Shown here: piece by piece, positions 52,485 to 55,195 of the stretch | Layout of the letters: each line of letters begins with the position of its first letter | Position numbering within the stretch: position 1 is the stretch's first letter | IMG/VR virus record: IMGVR_UViG_3300037124_000033 | Location: 1 to 55,195 of that record | From: a virus | Taxonomy: Duplodnaviria > Caudoviricetes | Direction: 5' to 3' (one strand) | Length of the DNA stretch: 55,195 bases | Notes under the pieces: model-generated | The model's database searches: none | Seen by the model: the letters and a program-made list of their open reading frames with translations, nothing else | What the model was told of the DNA's origin: nothing | Made by a program: the position numbers and the translations under genes

Positions 52485-52552
52485 GATCCTAGTGTCGTCG
52501 ATTAGGCCGAAGCGTGCAAGAAAAATCTACGGGGTGATGCTGATTTTATTCT
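52455..52552 (-). promoter_or_regulatory. Promoter/leader repeat, copy 2
   Basis: TTGCAC(52519)-17-GACACT-AGGATC-ATGACGCAAACACAGGAGAC. Confidence 0.85.
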
Positions 52553-52574
52553 GTTGGTACTACTTTGTCCTACA

Positions 52575-53807
52575 CTACTGAATCTCCCCGTCGCAGATCA
52601 CGATTGAGCAGCCTTTGCCATCATCACTCACTCTCTCTAGCCAGATTTGCGCGTCATACTCATCAGCCATTTCGGCCATGATTCTGAGCCCGTCTTTGTC
52701 AAGTCTCGAACCATCACGCACGCGCAAGACATTGAGCTTGGGGTTCATAGCCAGGCCAATCGCTGTCGACGCCCGCAGTCGCTGGCCTTGGCTAGCTTGC
52801 TCGAATGGGACACCCTCAAAAGTCACTCCGTCATCTGTGGCGGCAAGACCTTTGATGGGGTAATTGGCATTCGCTGTCGCATTGGCCTTTACCTCATCGA
52901 CCTGTCTGATATAGTTCGTTAGTCGGTCTGCTTCGTCAGTCTGCTCTTTGAGCTCTGCCTCGAGTTTGCGCCGCTCCTTCATCGACCGCACTGCGGCGTT
53001 AGTCTCCTCAGCGGATGCGATTTGCGCACGGACCTCTTCGAGGTCTTCATCGACGAGCGTCTTCACTTCTGCGGCTAGACGCTTCCCCTCGTCGGATGTG
53101 ACTTTAAATTCCTCGCGTAGATTAGCGAGTTTTTCCTCTGTGCGCTTGATTTCCTCGAGTAGCCCCTTGGCAGTTGAACGGAGTCCGTCGAGAGTTAGTC
53201 GCTGCGCGGCGTTTGTGGTGTTGATTTCTCGCCGGCGATCAATCTCCTTGGTGAGCTCGGCTACCGATATTTCTTCGTCAGGTACCTTCGTTCGTGGTGG
53301 CAGCTTCGAGATCGCCCCTTGCAGACGTTTGATCTCTCGCCCGACCACAGTACGTTTATCGTACGCCTCTTTCCGCTTCTCGTCCTCCGAGGTGAAATCG
53401 AGCCCGACGAGCTTACGCAGAGTCTCAGCTTGCTCCTTTGGAGGCATGCGCTCGAACTCAAGTGGATCGAAGCTGATTGGCGACGTGATCTCGTTGAACA
53501 GCTGTTGCGGTGAAGTGATCCGTGAACCATCTTTCGCGTCGACTTTTAGATATTCACCTTTCTCTGTGATTGTAAGCCTGGCGACAAACTCATCTGTCTC
53601 CATGACGATATTAGATTTTTCATCACCATGACGAATCGGGTCGCGTGGTATGCGCTTCTTACCGCCGAGAATAGCATCGATCGCGTTGAGTACGCTTGTC
53701 TTCCCGGCCGAATTTTTCCCTCCAATGACGACCAGAGATCCATCGGGCTCGATCTCGGCCGTTTTGATTTTCATAAATGATTTGATGTCGAGTTTCGTGA
53801 TCTTCAT
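52575..53807 (-). CDS. SMC/Rad50-like (AAA_23) ATPase
   Basis: GGKNSAGKTS, long coiled coil, ASQGQ signature, VRDGSRLD. Confidence 0.88.
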   Translation of the reverse strand: MKITKLDIKSFMKIKTAEIEPDGSLVVIGGKNSAGKTSVLNAIDAILGGKKRIPRDPIRHGDEKSNIVMETDEFVARLTITEKGEYLKVDAKDGSRITSPQQLFNEITSPISFDPLEFERMPPKEQAETLRKLVGLDFTSEDEKRKEAYDKRTVVGREIKRLQGAISKLPPRTKVPDEEISVAELTKEIDRRREINTTNAAQRLTLDGLRSTAKGLLEEIKRTEEKLANLREEFKVTSDEGKRLAAEVKTLVDEDLEEVRAQIASAEETNAAVRSMKERRKLEAELKEQTDEADRLTNYIRQVDEVKANATANANYPIKGLAATDDGVTFEGVPFEQASQGQRLRASTAIGLAMNPKLNVLRVRDGSRLDKDGLRIMAEMADEYDAQIWLERVSDDGKGCSIVICDGEIQ

Positions 53808-54706
53808 TACCAAGTTACCTCGTCTTCATCGATTGGCGGTGGTGGTTCATCATCGGCCGGTTTTGGTTGCTCTACTTTCGGTGAAGGCTTCTTCTGGCGA
53901 CCTACTTTCTTAACGCCTTCTTTCGGCTCGTCGTTATTCTCCGCAGTAGGGGGAGCCATCTGAGCGAACTGCTCATCGACAGACGTTGTGCCTTCCATGA
54001 TTGCTGTGCGGATCCCTTGCAGGATCCCTAAGTCGTTCAGATCGATCGACTCCACACCTTCCTTGTTGAGAAACGCAAGTAGCTGCTCTTTGGTCACACC
54101 GGCTTTGCCGAACCACTCAACAGCTCTTGCACGTCTATCGACGAGGGTTCGTTCTGTGCCGATAGCGACAGCACGAGCCTTCTCGTAGACTGATTTCGTG
54201 AAGGCGTTTGGAACAACCTTGAAAACCGCATTGCGGAAAGCGATCGCCGAAGCCGCATTGCCGGTTACTACGCGCATATCCTCGCTATAGCGCACGCCGT
54301 GTCGGTCCGTAATCCTCCGACGGACCTCCATCCTCACCAGGACATTGCGTTCCACATCCCAAGCTGTCCCTTGGGAGGTGACGAATTCGTTGTCTTCGTC
54401 TACGACTCTAGCCTCGCAACGCAGGTTGCCCCAGCAGCTAGCAACAATTTCGGCGAGTCGCGTGCTCGGTCCTTCGATGTTCTTGCCGCCACGCTTCAGG
54501 ACGTAGAAGCATGCGGCTGCCGTTTCTTGATCAATAGTGGCCATTGATTCAGCATTACGGATGAATATAGCCAGATCTCGAGGATACTTCTTTGCGGTGA
54601 CTACCTGCATATCCACCTCGCCCTTTGTGATTTGCGCGAGGGCAGTAGTCGGCTCGTCCCCGATTAGAATTTCCGGCTCTGCGTCGATGTTTCGTGAATC
54701 TGACAT
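53807..54706 (-). CDS. RecT/ERF-like single-strand annealing protein
   Basis: AKKYPRD..IEGPSTRLAE..WGNL..AIAFRNAV; lies between the exonuclease and the ATPase; AGGAG RBS. Confidence 0.7.
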   Translation of the reverse strand: MSDSRNIDAEPEILIGDEPTTALAQITKGEVDMQVVTAKKYPRDLAIFIRNAESMATIDQETAAACFYVLKRGGKNIEGPSTRLAEIVASCWGNLRCEARVVDEDNEFVTSQGTAWDVERNVLVRMEVRRRITDRHGVRYSEDMRVVTGNAASAIAFRNAVFKVVPNAFTKSVYEKARAVAIGTERTLVDRRARAVEWFGKAGVTKEQLLAFLNKEGVESIDLNDLGILQGIRTAIMEGTTSVDEQFAQMAPPTAENNDEPKEGVKKVGRQKKPSPKVEQPKPADDEPPPPIDEDEVTW

Positions 54707-54714
54707 GGCGTCTC

Positions 54715-55064
54715 CTATGACCTGCTGACTTTGATCCTCGGTTTGATGACTTTCTCTACTGCCCCAACTTCGCACAAGCGAGCCATGGCTGTGCGCATGT
54801 AGGCTGCCGCTTTGCCTCTCGGAGCTCGTCCTTTCAAGACTTCTTGCAATCCTGACTTGGTAATCTTGAGAGCAATATTAACCTCATCCGCAGTGAGTTT
54901 CAACTCTTCTCTGAAAAGCCGTATCGCCTTGGACGGTTTGATATAGTCCTGCTCTTGCGGTTCGATTGTGATTGTTCGTCCGTCTGATGTCACTAGTGGG
55001 CCTTCTGCCAGCAGTGATTTAAGAACGTCGTCATAGTGCCGCAAAGCTCTAGCCACCATCCTAG
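54715..55064 (-). CDS. Cas4-like exonuclease, 3' part
   Basis: In-frame continuation of the 748->1 ORF through the terminal overlap (748-130 is divisible by 3). Confidence 0.8.
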
Positions 55065-55195
55065 ATTTGTCGTAGAGACCAGCTATCACTGCGGTCGTAG
55101 CAATATCATTGTCAGCTGTTTGTATCGAATCGTTCACACACTCAAGTGCTGTAATACCTGCACGTGTCCACTCCTCCTTAGCCGCGCAATTCATC
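55065..55195. repeat. Terminal direct repeat, copy 2
   Basis: Matches 1-131; a minus-strand reading frame runs through it. Confidence 0.97.

Overview
The window is an apparently complete, circularly permuted ~55.06 kb tailed-phage genome with a siphovirus-type tail module. Bases 1-131 recur at 55065-55195 with one synonymous mismatch. It carries replication and recombination genes (SF2 helicase, primase-like protein, Cas4-like nuclease spanning the junction, RecT-like protein, SMC-type ATPase, RuvC), an RpoH-like sigma factor, many small accessory genes, a full packaging/head/tail module and an amidase-holin-spanin-like lysis cassette. These suggest a diderm host; no integrase is recognisable. 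The standout is a TIGR-Tas-like RNA-guided locus on the minus strand. A nuclease-less Nop/IS110-C-terminal-domain protein (938-1882, TasA-like) comes with five stem-loop guide units of the form stem-CCA-N9-TGNNNNCCA-N9-TG-stem. Two units are intergenic (1906-2003) and three sit in frame inside the protein's own coding sequence (1773-1830, 1538-1585, 1478-1537). Other unusual items: a tRNA-like RNA with a 29-nt insert where the anticodon loop should be, tandem promoter-terminator small-RNA units, a palindromic intergenic repeat between small genes in two distant clusters, a Com-like zinc ribbon beside an RBS-occluding hairpin, and a portal protein with a C-terminal HTH. All calls are from reading the sequence by eye; no database searches were run.
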